Shown: one piece after another, positions 43,131 to 52,754 of the stretch
Layout: the number at the start of each line of letters is the position of its first letter
How positions within the stretch are numbered: position 1 is the first letter of the stretch
Assembly: GCA_029210725.1 (NCBI GenBank)
Contig: JARGFM010000001.1
Location: 145,530-209,529 of the forward strand
Source of the DNA: Bacteroidales bacterium
GTDB taxonomy: Bacteria; Bacteroidota; Bacteroidia; Bacteroidales; GCA-2748055
DNA length: 64,000 nt
Direction of reading: 5' to 3'
Translations under genes and position numbers: made by a program
Notes under the pieces: generated by a model
Database searches by the model: none
What the model was told of the DNA's origin: nothing
Seen by the model: only the letters and a program-made list of their open reading frames with translations

Positions 43131-46073
43131 TTAAGTGAAAAGTTCGATCAGCTCTTTTTCCGAAAGAGATTTCAAAGGATTATTGGAAGTGACAAAGGTC
43201 TCCGCCAGTTCCCGTTTCCGCTCCTGCAAACGCTGTATCTTTTCCTCAATGGAATCGTTTGAGATAAAACGGTATACAAATACTCTGCTCTCCCGACCAA
43301 TCCGGTGTGCCCGGCTCAAAGCCTGCATTTCCGCCGCCGGGTTCCACCAGGGATCAAGAATAAAGACATAATCTGCTGCGGTCAGGTTAAGGCCTACTCC
43401 GCCTGCCCTTAAGGAAATCAGGAAAACCGAACAATCGCTGTTGGCCTGAAAATCTTTTACTGCCGTCTCCCGCTGTCGCTGGTTTCTTGAACCGGTCAGG
43501 TATGCATATCCGATTCCATCCTCCTCAAAACGAGTTCTGAACAGATCGAGATGTTTGACAAATGAGGAAAAAACCAGCACTTTATGTCCCTCTGAAATCA
43601 CGCTCTCTATATTCCGGTAAACCTCTGTAAACTTCCCGGATTCCTCACCGGTGAACTCCTCCACCAGGTCGGGGTGGTTAGCGATCTGACGAAGACGCGT
43701 CAGCGCCTGAAGAACTATCATGGATGATTTTTCTACTCCCAGCTCCTCGAAATTCTCCAGTATGGCATTGCGTACCTGGGATTTTTCCTCCTCATAAAGC
43801 CTGTGTTGCGATTCGGTCATATTCACATACCGGATCTGTTCATACAAAGGGGGCAGTTCCCGGGCAACCTCATCTTTTGTCCGCCGGAGAATAAAAGGAT
43901 GAATCAGCTCCTTGAGCTTTTCCTCCCTGGACTCATCACCCTTCTTTTCAATGGGTTGAACAAATGTGCGTTTGAAAAAACTGAGGGTCCCCAGTAAGCC
44001 GGGATTTACAAAATTAATCTGCGACCACAGGTCGGTTAATGAGTTCTCAATGGGCGTACCGGTCAGGACCAGTTTATAATCTGACTGCAAAGAAGCCATG
44101 GCATGATAAAGCTTAGAGGAGGGATTCTTGATCATCTGGCTCTCATCCAGGATAATATAGTGAAACCTGAAAGTTGACAGATTCGCACTATCCTGGCGCA
44201 CCGTATGGTAGGTGGAAAGGACTAGGTCATAGTAGGAGAAATTGGATAGTTCACGGTTACGCTGTGCCCCTGCATGCGAAAGTATTTTTAAACCGGGAGC
44301 AAACCTCCTGCACTCCCTGGCCCAGTTATGAATGAGGGAGGCTGGAACAACAATCAGAGAGGTAAGCTTCTTTGCGGGTTGACTGAATAGTGAAAGCTGT
44401 CCCCTGGCAGATATCGATGCAGTATCCTTATCCGTTTCCCCTGATTCAGAACCAAGTTCCCTGGATCGCAACAAAATGGCAATTGCCTGCAGGGTTTTCC
44501 CCAGTCCCATATCATCAGCCAGGCAGCCTCCAAAATCATTTTGTTGCAGGTGGCACAACCACCTGAATCCCTCCAGCTGATAGTCTCTGAGGGTGGCGTC
44601 CAGGCCAGCGGGGACAGCTGTTTCCGGGAGGGACTCCAGACTTTTTAAAGCTTCGAGTTTCGCCAGGGTTTCGGCATGAAACCCGCGAACCGAATTGTCC
44701 ACCATGGAGAAGTGCTGCTTATGAATCCGGATCCCGTCCCCGGCCGATTTCCCAAATTCAAACATGGAAAGGTAACGGGCAAACCACTCTTCAGGCAGCA
44801 CAAAGATGCTGTTGCCGGGTAAGAGAAACTCCCTGTTTCCCTCCAGGATGTGATTCTTTAACTGGATAAAAGGGATTTCCAGATCACCCAGCCTGATCTG
44901 CCCATATATATCAAACCAATCATTCTTTTCCCTGGAATCAATGTTCAGTTCGATCTTTCCCAGATAATATTCACGATCCAGTCTCTGTTTGATCTCTATG
45001 CCGGAAGCGGCTAAGGCGGATCCATTTTCATTAATGAAATTAATCGCTGAATATATATCACTTACATGATCTTTATTAAACTTATGATTTAAATAGAAAT
45101 TACATTCATCACTGGATCGAAGTCCCACTTCATTCAGCAGGTCTACCATCTCCAGTTCCCATTCAAAATCCCGTTCAAATTTCTCAAATGCATGCCCGCT
45201 GGCCTCACCCAGGTAATTGACAAAGCGCCTCAGGGGACTTTCACGTGTAATCCTGTATTTCTGATAGTACAGGCTAAGGATCCATACCGGCCGCTTAGAG
45301 ATCCCCACTTCCAGGCATAAGACAGCCCGAGGGAAAGGGGAAATGGTCCTCACTTCAAATCCTTCATTCAGAGTGTGATAATCCCGGAGTGTATTCCGCA
45401 CAAAAGATCCAAAATACTTCCCCTCCGACTGAAGTGGAACCAGGACCCGCTCTTTGGTCATAAATGGTTTTAGCTTCTTACTGTCGATATCATTGACAAA
45501 GTAAAGAGTATCGCCCAGGATGATGGTGCATGGATCATTGGTAACAAGCTCCAGGGGGACATCCTTCAGGATCAGCTGATGCTCACCATGAATCAGCGAC
45601 AAGGCATAGGAGAGTTGGTTCCGGTAGCTGAAACTAAAAACGGGAACAGCAGGCATGCGCTCCAGTTTAAGAAAATCTTCCGGAAATACATTCCGGGTGC
45701 TTTTCTCTTTAACAAAAACCGGAATGCGGTTGTCCCTGGCAATCTGCAGAATGGCGAAAAGCTTCTTCTCTATATAGGGCCTGATATGAGTTCTAATAAG
45801 CTCACGATCCACCTGATCCTGAAACTGTTTCACTGTCTTTTGCCTGGAGAAAACCCGATGCAGATTCCGATCACTGTATTCATCTACCAGCTGAAGCACT
45901 TCCCGCTGCATGGGACTCAGGCGTTGATACGCCATGGTCGAAGGATCATTTTGGATGTATTCCCCCGGAATGTGAAATTCTCGGCCCGGTTCCTTCTCCA
46001 GTACCTGTGCCAGTAAAATCCTTCCCCATAAACGGTGAGGCATATAGCCCAAGGCAAATCGAATCTCCCTCAT
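43131..46073 (-). CDS. SNF2 family DEAD/DEAH-box helicase with N-terminal bacterial SNF2-associated domain
   Basis: LRDYQLEGFRWL, DDMGLGKTLQ (motif I), DESQMIKN (motif II), and a C-terminal helicase domain (LISLRAGGVGLNLTAADYVFILDPWWNPA). Confidence 0.9.
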   Translation of the reverse strand: MREIRFALGYMPHRLWGRILLAQVLEKEPGREFHIPGEYIQNDPSTMAYQRLSPMQREVLQLVDEYSDRNLHRVFSRQKTVKQFQDQVDRELIRTHIRPYIEKKLFAILQIARDNRIPVFVKEKSTRNVFPEDFLKLERMPAVPVFSFSYRNQLSYALSLIHGEHQLILKDVPLELVTNDPCTIILGDTLYFVNDIDSKKLKPFMTKERVLVPLQSEGKYFGSFVRNTLRDYHTLNEGFEVRTISPFPRAVLCLEVGISKRPVWILSLYYQKYRITRESPLRRFVNYLGEASGHAFEKFERDFEWELEMVDLLNEVGLRSSDECNFYLNHKFNKDHVSDIYSAINFINENGSALAASGIEIKQRLDREYYLGKIELNIDSREKNDWFDIYGQIRLGDLEIPFIQLKNHILEGNREFLLPGNSIFVLPEEWFARYLSMFEFGKSAGDGIRIHKQHFSMVDNSVRGFHAETLAKLEALKSLESLPETAVPAGLDATLRDYQLEGFRWLCHLQQNDFGGCLADDMGLGKTLQAIAILLRSRELGSESGETDKDTASISARGQLSLFSQPAKKLTSLIVVPASLIHNWARECRRFAPGLKILSHAGAQRNRELSNFSYYDLVLSTYHTVRQDSANLSTFRFHYIILDESQMIKNPSSKLYHAMASLQSDYKLVLTGTPIENSLTDLWSQINFVNPGLLGTLSFFKRTFVQPIEKKGDESREEKLKELIHPFILRRTKDEVARELPPLYEQIRYVNMTESQHRLYEEEKSQVRNAILENFEELGVEKSSMIVLQALTRLRQIANHPDLVEEFTGEESGKFTEVYRNIESVISEGHKVLVFSSFVKHLDLFRTRFEEDGIGYAYLTGSRNQRQRETAVKDFQANSDCSVFLISLRAGGVGLNLTAADYVFILDPWWNPAAEMQALSRAHRIGRESRVFVYRFISNDSIEEKIQRLQERKRELAETFVTSNNPLKSLSEKELIELFT

Positions 46074-49000
46074 TTCTGAAACTTTTGCCGCTTGTCTCCC
46101 AGTTTAAAATCCGACTCCGTCCCGTCACTCCAGACAGTAATCATTAGAAAATCGCCCCGTTTCATTTGATTCACCTGATCTTCTCCATCCTCTTTTGCCC
46201 CTTCAGATATGGCACTTCTGGCGGCTTCTCTGGCCAGTTTCGGAGGAACATGAACCAGGTAAAGATAAGCCATATCCAGACCCTGTTCCCCCTGAATAAG
46301 CAATTGTCCCAGGGTAGATTCCACATTCATCAGAGGAATGATAATCATGGAATCCATGAGGGTAAAACTATTCCTGACAGTCGCAAACCTGACATTATTC
46401 AGATCCTTGCTGTCCAGAAATTTTCCGGCTGCCTGCAGAGGCGTAAAATTAATCAGAGCGCCATCTCGTACCCGGACATTAAAAGCAGCTGTTGTATTGG
46501 GGACATCTACATTCAGTTCCGGAGTGATAAAGATCTCTGCCAATCCCCTGGCATCCACAATGCCGTTAAAATGGTCATTCAGTGCCAGAATGGTGTCTCC
46601 CGATTGCAGTTCCAGATTCAGATCACCAATGTCGATGTCCTCCAGAACAAATTCAGCACTGATGTAGTACTTATCCGGGTCGGATAAATTGAGTTGCCCG
46701 TTAACCTCAAGAGTGCCTTTCCCTTCAGGAGAACTAACCAGCTGGTCCAGGTAAAAAATCTTCTCTTTGCTAGTCCTGAATCTTCCATTTATTCCGGAAA
46801 CCTTGTGTTTGTCATAGCGGATTTCGCCGATATCCACCCCAAAATCGATATTGGGATAAGCTATCTCATTAAGTCTAAAGGGGACCATTTGCTCCACGGT
46901 ATCTTTTTCTTCTGTCTCCCCTTCTTCAAGAGGCTGCCCGTAAGCAAGCAGGTGGTTAAAATCGAGCAAATCCGAATATAGTTCAATATTCCCGTGAATG
47001 TTTTCCATCAGGGTATCCGCAAAATTCACAATATTTGCAGACAGGCCGATATTATTCTCACCCACACTGCCCTGAAAATTTTCGATCAGCAGGGTGTCTC
47101 CCTCCCTTTCAATCCGGATAAGGAAATCCCTGAACTTGCTTGGATAGTAACGGAATCCCCAGCCCAGATTCACGATATCCAGTTTAAAATCCATAGCCAC
47201 ACTATCGTAAACCAAGCCTGCAGCAGAAGCTTCCAGGCTGCCAGTCAGATATAAATCCTCCAGGTGCTCAGAACTGTAGGTCTCCGGAAGAAGAAATTCG
47301 TCATGAATCGTAAAGAGGTCCTCCGCCCTTAGCTGACCGGAAGAAAGATTAAAGTCCAGAGACACCATCCCTCCCGAATCGGCCCGGGCCAGAGCCTGAT
47401 AGTTGGCCAAGTTCGCTGACAATTCCATGGAGCTCTGCCCGATGGTGGCCCGCAGATGGTGAAGAGCTATCGTATCAGAGCTAAGGGTTAATGCAACATT
47501 CACATCTGAAATCTTTGCCATCAGAGGAAGTGATACTCCGGAACTATCCAGGAAAATCTTCACGACAGGAAGTGAATCCATGGCTAAATAATCATCCAGT
47601 TCATCCTTCCCGATCTGCACCTTAGCTTCTATATACAAATCTTTGATCTCCTCTCCCAACATATTTGTAACCGCAGTATCCCCCAGCAGAGTTTCCGGCC
47701 TGAGCAGTGCCGAAGAAAGGGTGATACCCGCCCTTATATCTCTTTCATAATCGAGAAGATAAAGCAGAACATTCTCCGAGGTAAGTCCAACATTCAGCTG
47801 ATTCCCGTTAAATTCCCAAGACACACTCTCTGCCTCAATGATGCTGTCGTGCATAGCCAGGGCGCCCGAAAGATTCCTGATACTATCTCTGCGGATACTA
47901 CCGTGATTCATCACAAAGGAGACCTCTTCAAAGCCGGCAGTCAGGGTACCATCATCATTTAGAAAACTCCCGGTCTCCCGGTTAACAGTCCCACTAACCT
48001 GACCCTGAAGGCTAAGGGTTCCCGACAGCATACTTAAATAATCTCCCTGGAACATCTCCTCCAGGCCTTCCAGGTTAGCCGCGCAGTCTACTTCAATATT
48101 CAGTTCAGGTGATTTGACATTACTCGCTGTTATATTAGCATTAATAAATCCTTCCGGGAAATAGGCCACAAAATCCTGTAGCTCCAGATAAGCATCGCTT
48201 AGATCACTTCTTCTTCCATTGGTGGCAAACATATGGAATGAAATACCCGTCACATCTCTGTTCAGTGCTCTGATTCTGAAGCCCAGGTCTTCCGCATTTC
48301 CATTCACACGTATTACCGGCAATTCATCTCCCCCAAATCCTCCCTGAACGGTACCGTTCATATGAATACTTCCGTCCCCTATCTGTTCGATCTCCCTCAA
48401 ATCAAGGATTCCTCTGAAAAGGTAGTTCAACAGTTCCAGACCTTCGTTGGCAGCCGTGTATGCAAAATCGATTCGTGGATGTTCTCCAAAGTTAAGATTC
48501 CCCCAGGTCTCAAATTCCAGTCCGGAAACACTCAGACTACTGGGCTGAACCTCCAGGGTATGCATTCCGGGATTCATAGCTATGCTGCCCTTCAGCAAAA
48601 CATTTTTATCAATTTTACCATTGATAACTTGATACTTAACACTATCTATATCTATATCTACTTCAAGTCCGGCATTAAGCTGCCCTGAAAGGTAACTGAA
48701 ACTGCTCTCGAAGCGGTTTACCAGCAGACTAACATGCTGGTCCTTCAGCCGGTCATCCATAATTGCACGGACATTTATAAGCTCAATCTTATCGAGCTCG
48801 ATGGCCAGAGGAGTCTCTTTTTCAGCAGTGTCTTTCTCTGTTTCTACTCCGAACCTGATCCCAAGTGCATGCTCCAGGTTGCTGACCGAATCTTCATTTA
48901 TCTGCATAAAGACAATGCCATCTTTGAATCTGGCTTCAGATACCATGATCCCGCCTTTGATGAGTTCTACCAGATCAAGCGTAACTCCTATCTCGTTCAG

Positions 49001-49291
49001 GGCAATGATGGGCTCCTGACCGGGACTGTCTCCCTTTACTTCCTTTTCAAAGTATTTTACCTCCCGCAGCTGCAGCGAGATATCCGGAAACTTCAGGAAA
49101 GGGATCAGGTTCATCCGGCCCATCCGGACCTCACCCGGCTGCTGCTCATTCAGGTAGCTTACTGCCTTGTTCAGGAAGAAGTTCCGTCCCAGATAAAATA
49201 CCAGCGTTGCTAGGATTACCAGGGAGACAATCCCTGCAAGAATCCAGGCAATTATTCTGAAAAATCTGACCTTTCGTCTAGCCACGTTCAA
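46070..49291 (-). CDS. AsmA-like / TamB-like large envelope protein (1073 aa), N-terminally membrane anchored
   Basis: N-terminal TM (IIAWILAGIVSLVILATLVFYL) and a long beta-rich body. The C-terminal 'FATVRNSFTLMDSMIIIPLMNVESTLGQLLIQGEQGLD' resembles the AsmA C-terminal region. 4-nt overlap (ATGA) with the SNF2 gene. Confidence 0.7.
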   Translation of the reverse strand: MNVARRKVRFFRIIAWILAGIVSLVILATLVFYLGRNFFLNKAVSYLNEQQPGEVRMGRMNLIPFLKFPDISLQLREVKYFEKEVKGDSPGQEPIIALNEIGVTLDLVELIKGGIMVSEARFKDGIVFMQINEDSVSNLEHALGIRFGVETEKDTAEKETPLAIELDKIELINVRAIMDDRLKDQHVSLLVNRFESSFSYLSGQLNAGLEVDIDIDSVKYQVINGKIDKNVLLKGSIAMNPGMHTLEVQPSSLSVSGLEFETWGNLNFGEHPRIDFAYTAANEGLELLNYLFRGILDLREIEQIGDGSIHMNGTVQGGFGGDELPVIRVNGNAEDLGFRIRALNRDVTGISFHMFATNGRRSDLSDAYLELQDFVAYFPEGFINANITASNVKSPELNIEVDCAANLEGLEEMFQGDYLSMLSGTLSLQGQVSGTVNRETGSFLNDDGTLTAGFEEVSFVMNHGSIRRDSIRNLSGALAMHDSIIEAESVSWEFNGNQLNVGLTSENVLLYLLDYERDIRAGITLSSALLRPETLLGDTAVTNMLGEEIKDLYIEAKVQIGKDELDDYLAMDSLPVVKIFLDSSGVSLPLMAKISDVNVALTLSSDTIALHHLRATIGQSSMELSANLANYQALARADSGGMVSLDFNLSSGQLRAEDLFTIHDEFLLPETYSSEHLEDLYLTGSLEASAAGLVYDSVAMDFKLDIVNLGWGFRYYPSKFRDFLIRIEREGDTLLIENFQGSVGENNIGLSANIVNFADTLMENIHGNIELYSDLLDFNHLLAYGQPLEEGETEEKDTVEQMVPFRLNEIAYPNIDFGVDIGEIRYDKHKVSGINGRFRTSKEKIFYLDQLVSSPEGKGTLEVNGQLNLSDPDKYYISAEFVLEDIDIGDLNLELQSGDTILALNDHFNGIVDARGLAEIFITPELNVDVPNTTAAFNVRVRDGALINFTPLQAAGKFLDSKDLNNVRFATVRNSFTLMDSMIIIPLMNVESTLGQLLIQGEQGLDMAYLYLVHVPPKLAREAARSAISEGAKEDGEDQVNQMKRGDFLMITVWSDGTESDFKLGDKRQKFQK

Positions 49292-49396
49292 AAATATAAT
49301 CTATCATGTACCGAAATTAGTAATAAGCCGGTAATACACACGAACCTTTTGCTAAAATGCATCGTATAAATCTTTGAATATACCTGCATCCTAATG

Positions 49397-49404
49397 TAAT
49401 TTTG
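49397..49404 (+). promoter_or_regulatory. Bacteroidota -7 box (TAATTTTG) for the small lipoprotein gene
   Basis: Exact TAnnTTTG, 22 nt upstream of the ATG at 49426, sitting in a CCTGCA...TGCAGG inverted repeat. Confidence 0.45.
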
Positions 49405-49425
49405 CAGGATAACTGATACACTTCG

Positions 49426-49656
49426 ATGAAAAAAAGAAACATAGTAATTGCAGCTGTGGCTTTTACGGCCATGGGCATTCTTCCGGCATGTGACATTATT
49501 GAAGAGTGTGGTACTTGCGAACTGGTCACGGAAGATGCACAAGGGAACAAAAGTTATGGAACACCCCTGCCATTCTGCGGTGATGATTTAACTGACAAAA
49601 AAAATGCACCGCCTGTTACCATCAACGGGGTCACCACCTACTGGAATTGTGATTAA
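49426..49656 (+). CDS. small Cys-rich lipoprotein (76 aa)
   Basis: Signal peptide with lipobox GILPAC, then four further Cys (ECGTCE...FCGDD...WNCD), consistent with two disulfides. Confidence 0.55.
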   Translation: MKKRNIVIAAVAFTAMGILPACDIIEECGTCELVTEDAQGNKSYGTPLPFCGDDLTDKKNAPPVTINGVTTYWNCD

Positions 49657-51467
49657 GCTTTTACGCCGATAATCACTACATCATCAATCTGCTCTATATC
49701 TTTGCGGTAATCGGTAAATACTTCATCCAGCCGGTTCCCCTGATCAATCATGGGAAGGTGCTGGACAGATAGCAGCAGTTTTTTGAAGTTTTTTGCCAGG
49801 AACTTTTTCCGGTCCGGACCCCCAAACTGGTCCGCGAATCCATCCGAGAAGGTATAGAAGGTATCGCCCCGTTTCAATTCCAGCTCGTGCAGGGAGAAAG
49901 GATCCATAATATCGTGAATGGCAACCGGCATTTTGTCTCCTCTAAGCTGTGTAAGCTGGTTATCAGATACCAGGTAAAGCGGATTATTGGCGCCGCTGAA
50001 CTGCAGATGGAGCTTCTTCCTGTCGAACAAACAGACCGTCATATCCATACCATCCTTAACGACACTACCGGTCTCCTGCCGGAGGGCTTCTATGATTTTA
50101 TCGCGTAAATGATTCAGGACCAGATCCGGCCTGCAGATTTCCTTTGAGATAATGATTTCATTTAGAAGACTGATTCCCAGCATACTCATAAATGCACCCG
50201 GAACACCGTGTCCGGTGCAGTCGGCTGTGACAATCAGGAACTTATCGTCGATCTCCTCGGCCCAGTAAAAGTCGCCGCTTACGATATCCCTCGGCTTGAA
50301 AAGCACAAAATGATCCAGTTTATGTGAAAAAAGTTCCATGGAAGGAAGAATGGCGGTCTGGATCATCTTTGCATACTCTATGCTATCGGTTATATGTTTC
50401 TTCTGATAGGCAATCTGATCCCGCTGGGCCTGAAGTAAAATATTCGCCTTCTTCTTATTCCTGTAATTCTGCCAGATAAAGTACACCAGGCCAATTACCA
50501 GCAGCAGAGCAAGGGCAGCCGCAAAAATGATTATTTTCTGTTTCTGAATGGCCTCTGCCTGCAGGACTATTTTCTCATCCTGCATCCTGATTTCCTCCTC
50601 TTTTTGTAAAATAGCCTCCTCCTTAGTCCTGATGTTTAATTCCTGATCGGCCAGGACCTTCCTTTGCTGGTTCACCTCTTTAAGCTGGGCTTCAATGGTG
50701 GCACTCTGGGACAGAATCTTAGTCTCCTGGATTTGCAGCACTTTTGATTTTTGTGCTATCTCTGTTTCCCGCTCACCGATCTCCTGTCTCAAAGACTCCA
50801 GGGTTCGCTGGTTATCCCGGATAAGGATCTCCTGGTCACGTATCTGATCCTGTTGCTGTTCAATTAACACATATTGCTGTTCGGTTATACTCTTCTCCAG
50901 TTCCAGCTCCCCTTCTGTGACCTCATAGAGAGATTCCCAGTCTTCCCGGGTCTTTATGGCCTGGGCCAGAAAGAGCTCATTGACAAAAAGACCCTCCTGA
51001 ATCATCAACTCCTCATTGGCTTCAAATCTGGGTTCTCCATTAATAACAACAAAATTGATCATGGACGTACGAAAGGGATATCCTTCAGAAATGAGCAAAG
51101 TATTTTCTCCTCTGATTTTTTCAATCACTTCATCGATCCGAAATCCATCCTCCCGGTTTAAAAAAACCACCTGGGAAGGTTGCAGGTAAAGTATATCGGT
51201 ACAAACTTTGATTACTATGGGCTTCCCCTGTATCTCTCTTCTGGTTTTTGCCAGTTTTTCCATATCAAAATACAAATTCGAATCATTGTCCAGTATGGTG
51301 ATAACGAACTGATCCTGAAGGTGGTTAGTGTCTGTAAAAAGGACATATCTGGAAATGTCCAGGATATAGAGCGCCCTGGTTTCATTGGTGAAGCCCTGCT
51401 GTGCAAAAATAGTTGGAGCGGCCAGGGTAATTATCACCAGCATCACCAGTTTATGGAAGCGTTTCAT
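49653..51467 (-). CDS. YfiR-like (DUF4154) periplasmic domain - coiled coil - TM - PP2C/SpoIIE phosphatase fusion
   Basis: Signal peptide and a YfiR-like N-terminal domain (ALYILDISRYVLF...QVVFLNRE...NTLLISEG...MINFVVINGEPRFEAN). A Q/E-rich coiled coil and one TM (IIIFAAALALLLVIGLVYFIW) follow. C-terminal SpoIIE region: VSGDFYW...IVTADCTGHGVPGAFMSM. Confidence 0.8.
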   Translation of the reverse strand: MKRFHKLVMLVIITLAAPTIFAQQGFTNETRALYILDISRYVLFTDTNHLQDQFVITILDNDSNLYFDMEKLAKTRREIQGKPIVIKVCTDILYLQPSQVVFLNREDGFRIDEVIEKIRGENTLLISEGYPFRTSMINFVVINGEPRFEANEELMIQEGLFVNELFLAQAIKTREDWESLYEVTEGELELEKSITEQQYVLIEQQQDQIRDQEILIRDNQRTLESLRQEIGERETEIAQKSKVLQIQETKILSQSATIEAQLKEVNQQRKVLADQELNIRTKEEAILQKEEEIRMQDEKIVLQAEAIQKQKIIIFAAALALLLVIGLVYFIWQNYRNKKKANILLQAQRDQIAYQKKHITDSIEYAKMIQTAILPSMELFSHKLDHFVLFKPRDIVSGDFYWAEEIDDKFLIVTADCTGHGVPGAFMSMLGISLLNEIIISKEICRPDLVLNHLRDKIIEALRQETGSVVKDGMDMTVCLFDRKKLHLQFSGANNPLYLVSDNQLTQLRGDKMPVAIHDIMDPFSLHELELKRGDTFYTFSDGFADQFGGPDRKKFLAKNFKKLLLSVQHLPMIDQGNRLDEVFTDYRKDIEQIDDVVIIGVKA

Positions 51468-51527
51468 AAATCGCTAATGGTTGGACACCGTTCAAATTAA
51501 GTATTTTTTTTTACTATTGCAGCATAA

Positions 51528-52754
51528 ATGCTCCACCAGATGGACCCCATACTCATAGTCCCAGTCATCATCGGAGTTTTGGGACTTATACTTTTTCTTC
51601 CAATTAAAGGAGCTACTTACTTTCATTTAAGCAGGCCGGTGAAGCGAGTGCATGAAGCTGATGCTGTACTTTCCAGAAGTTTGCTGATTCCAGGAAGTGA
51701 AGCCTATGAAAGCTATTATAAACAACACCCGGAATTCCGTAGTACTGATGACCGGTCCAGAAGAGCCCCGGGACTTCTGGATGCGCGATCCAGGTATTAT
51801 CAGGCCGGCACTTTTAAAGCTGCAAAAGCAAATTTTGAAATCATAAACTATCTGGGGGGCATTAGCCGCGGAGCTATTTCCGAAGGGGAAGCTCTTTCTG
51901 AACAGCCTTCCCGGGAAGCCTTAAAGAACGATCCCTTTAAAACCTCCCGCTTTATCTTACACTGGTTAAGGAAGACCGGTGCTCACAGTGTTGGATTCAC
52001 CCGATTGCAGGAATATCACCTTTATTCTCATAAGGGCAGGGGGAAGCAAGCCGGATCACCCATCCTGAAAGAGCATGAACATGCTATAGCCATTTGCGTT
52101 GAGATGGATCACCGGATGATGCAATCCTCACCCCGGGGTACAGCGGTTATGGAGTCCTCCGAACAATACCTGCAATCGGGAGTTCTTGCACTGAAACTGG
52201 CTGCCTGGATCAGAGAACTTGGTTACAAGGCCACCGCTCACATCGACGGGAACTACGAAGTGATCTGCCCGCTGGTAGCCGTTGATGCGGGATTGGGAAC
52301 CATAGGAAGAATGGGGCTGTTGATGACCCCCCGCCTTGGACCAAGAGTAAGAATTTCCGTGGTAAGCACCAATATGCCACTTTGCTATGAAATAAAAAGT
52401 CCAGACAGAACCATCCTTCATTTCTGTCATCATTGCAAGAAATGCGCCTTGGTTTGTCCCTCCGCCGCCATTCCGGACGGCCCCAGGGAAATGATCGACG
52501 GGGCGGAACGCTGGCAGATCAACTCAGAAAAATGTTATCAATACTGGACCACTTCCGGAACAGACTGTGGAAGGTGCATCGCAGCCTGTCCATTCAGCCA
52601 TCCCGACAAGCTGTTTCACCGGTTTATAAGATGGGGTATAAAAAATAATTTGTTTTTCCGGTATCTGGCCATTAAATTGGATGATCTTTTTTATGGCCGC
52701 CTGCCTGCAATACAGCCATTGCCCGAGTGGGCAGACATAGGGGATAAGCAATGA
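51528..52754 (+). CDS. reductive dehalogenase/QueG-superfamily Fe-S protein, N-terminally membrane anchored, no Tat signal
   Basis: CHHCKKCALVCP (CxxCxxCxxxCP) plus C-x12-CGRCIAACP, the RdhA-type second cluster motif. N-terminal TM ILIVPVIIGVLGLILFL. Confidence 0.65.
   Translation: MLHQMDPILIVPVIIGVLGLILFLPIKGATYFHLSRPVKRVHEADAVLSRSLLIPGSEAYESYYKQHPEFRSTDDRSRRAPGLLDARSRYYQAGTFKAAKANFEIINYLGGISRGAISEGEALSEQPSREALKNDPFKTSRFILHWLRKTGAHSVGFTRLQEYHLYSHKGRGKQAGSPILKEHEHAIAICVEMDHRMMQSSPRGTAVMESSEQYLQSGVLALKLAAWIRELGYKATAHIDGNYEVICPLVAVDAGLGTIGRMGLLMTPRLGPRVRISVVSTNMPLCYEIKSPDRTILHFCHHCKKCALVCPSAAIPDGPREMIDGAERWQINSEKCYQYWTTSGTDCGRCIAACPFSHPDKLFHRFIRWGIKNNLFFRYLAIKLDDLFYGRLPAIQPLPEWADIGDKQ

Noticed and set aside
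43131-46073. SNF2 helicase as part of a phage-defence system (DISARM/BREX/Zorya-like)
   Set aside because: No methyltransferase, PLD nuclease, DUF1998, PglZ or ZorAB-like partner is nearby. The N-terminal domain looks like the common bacterial SNF2-associated domain of housekeeping RapA/YwqA-type proteins.
48640-48665. Short TATATC/TATCTA tandem repeat
   Set aside because: It lies in frame within the AsmA-like gene, encoding ...VDIDIDSV.... It is a coding low-complexity stretch, not a CRISPR or satellite.
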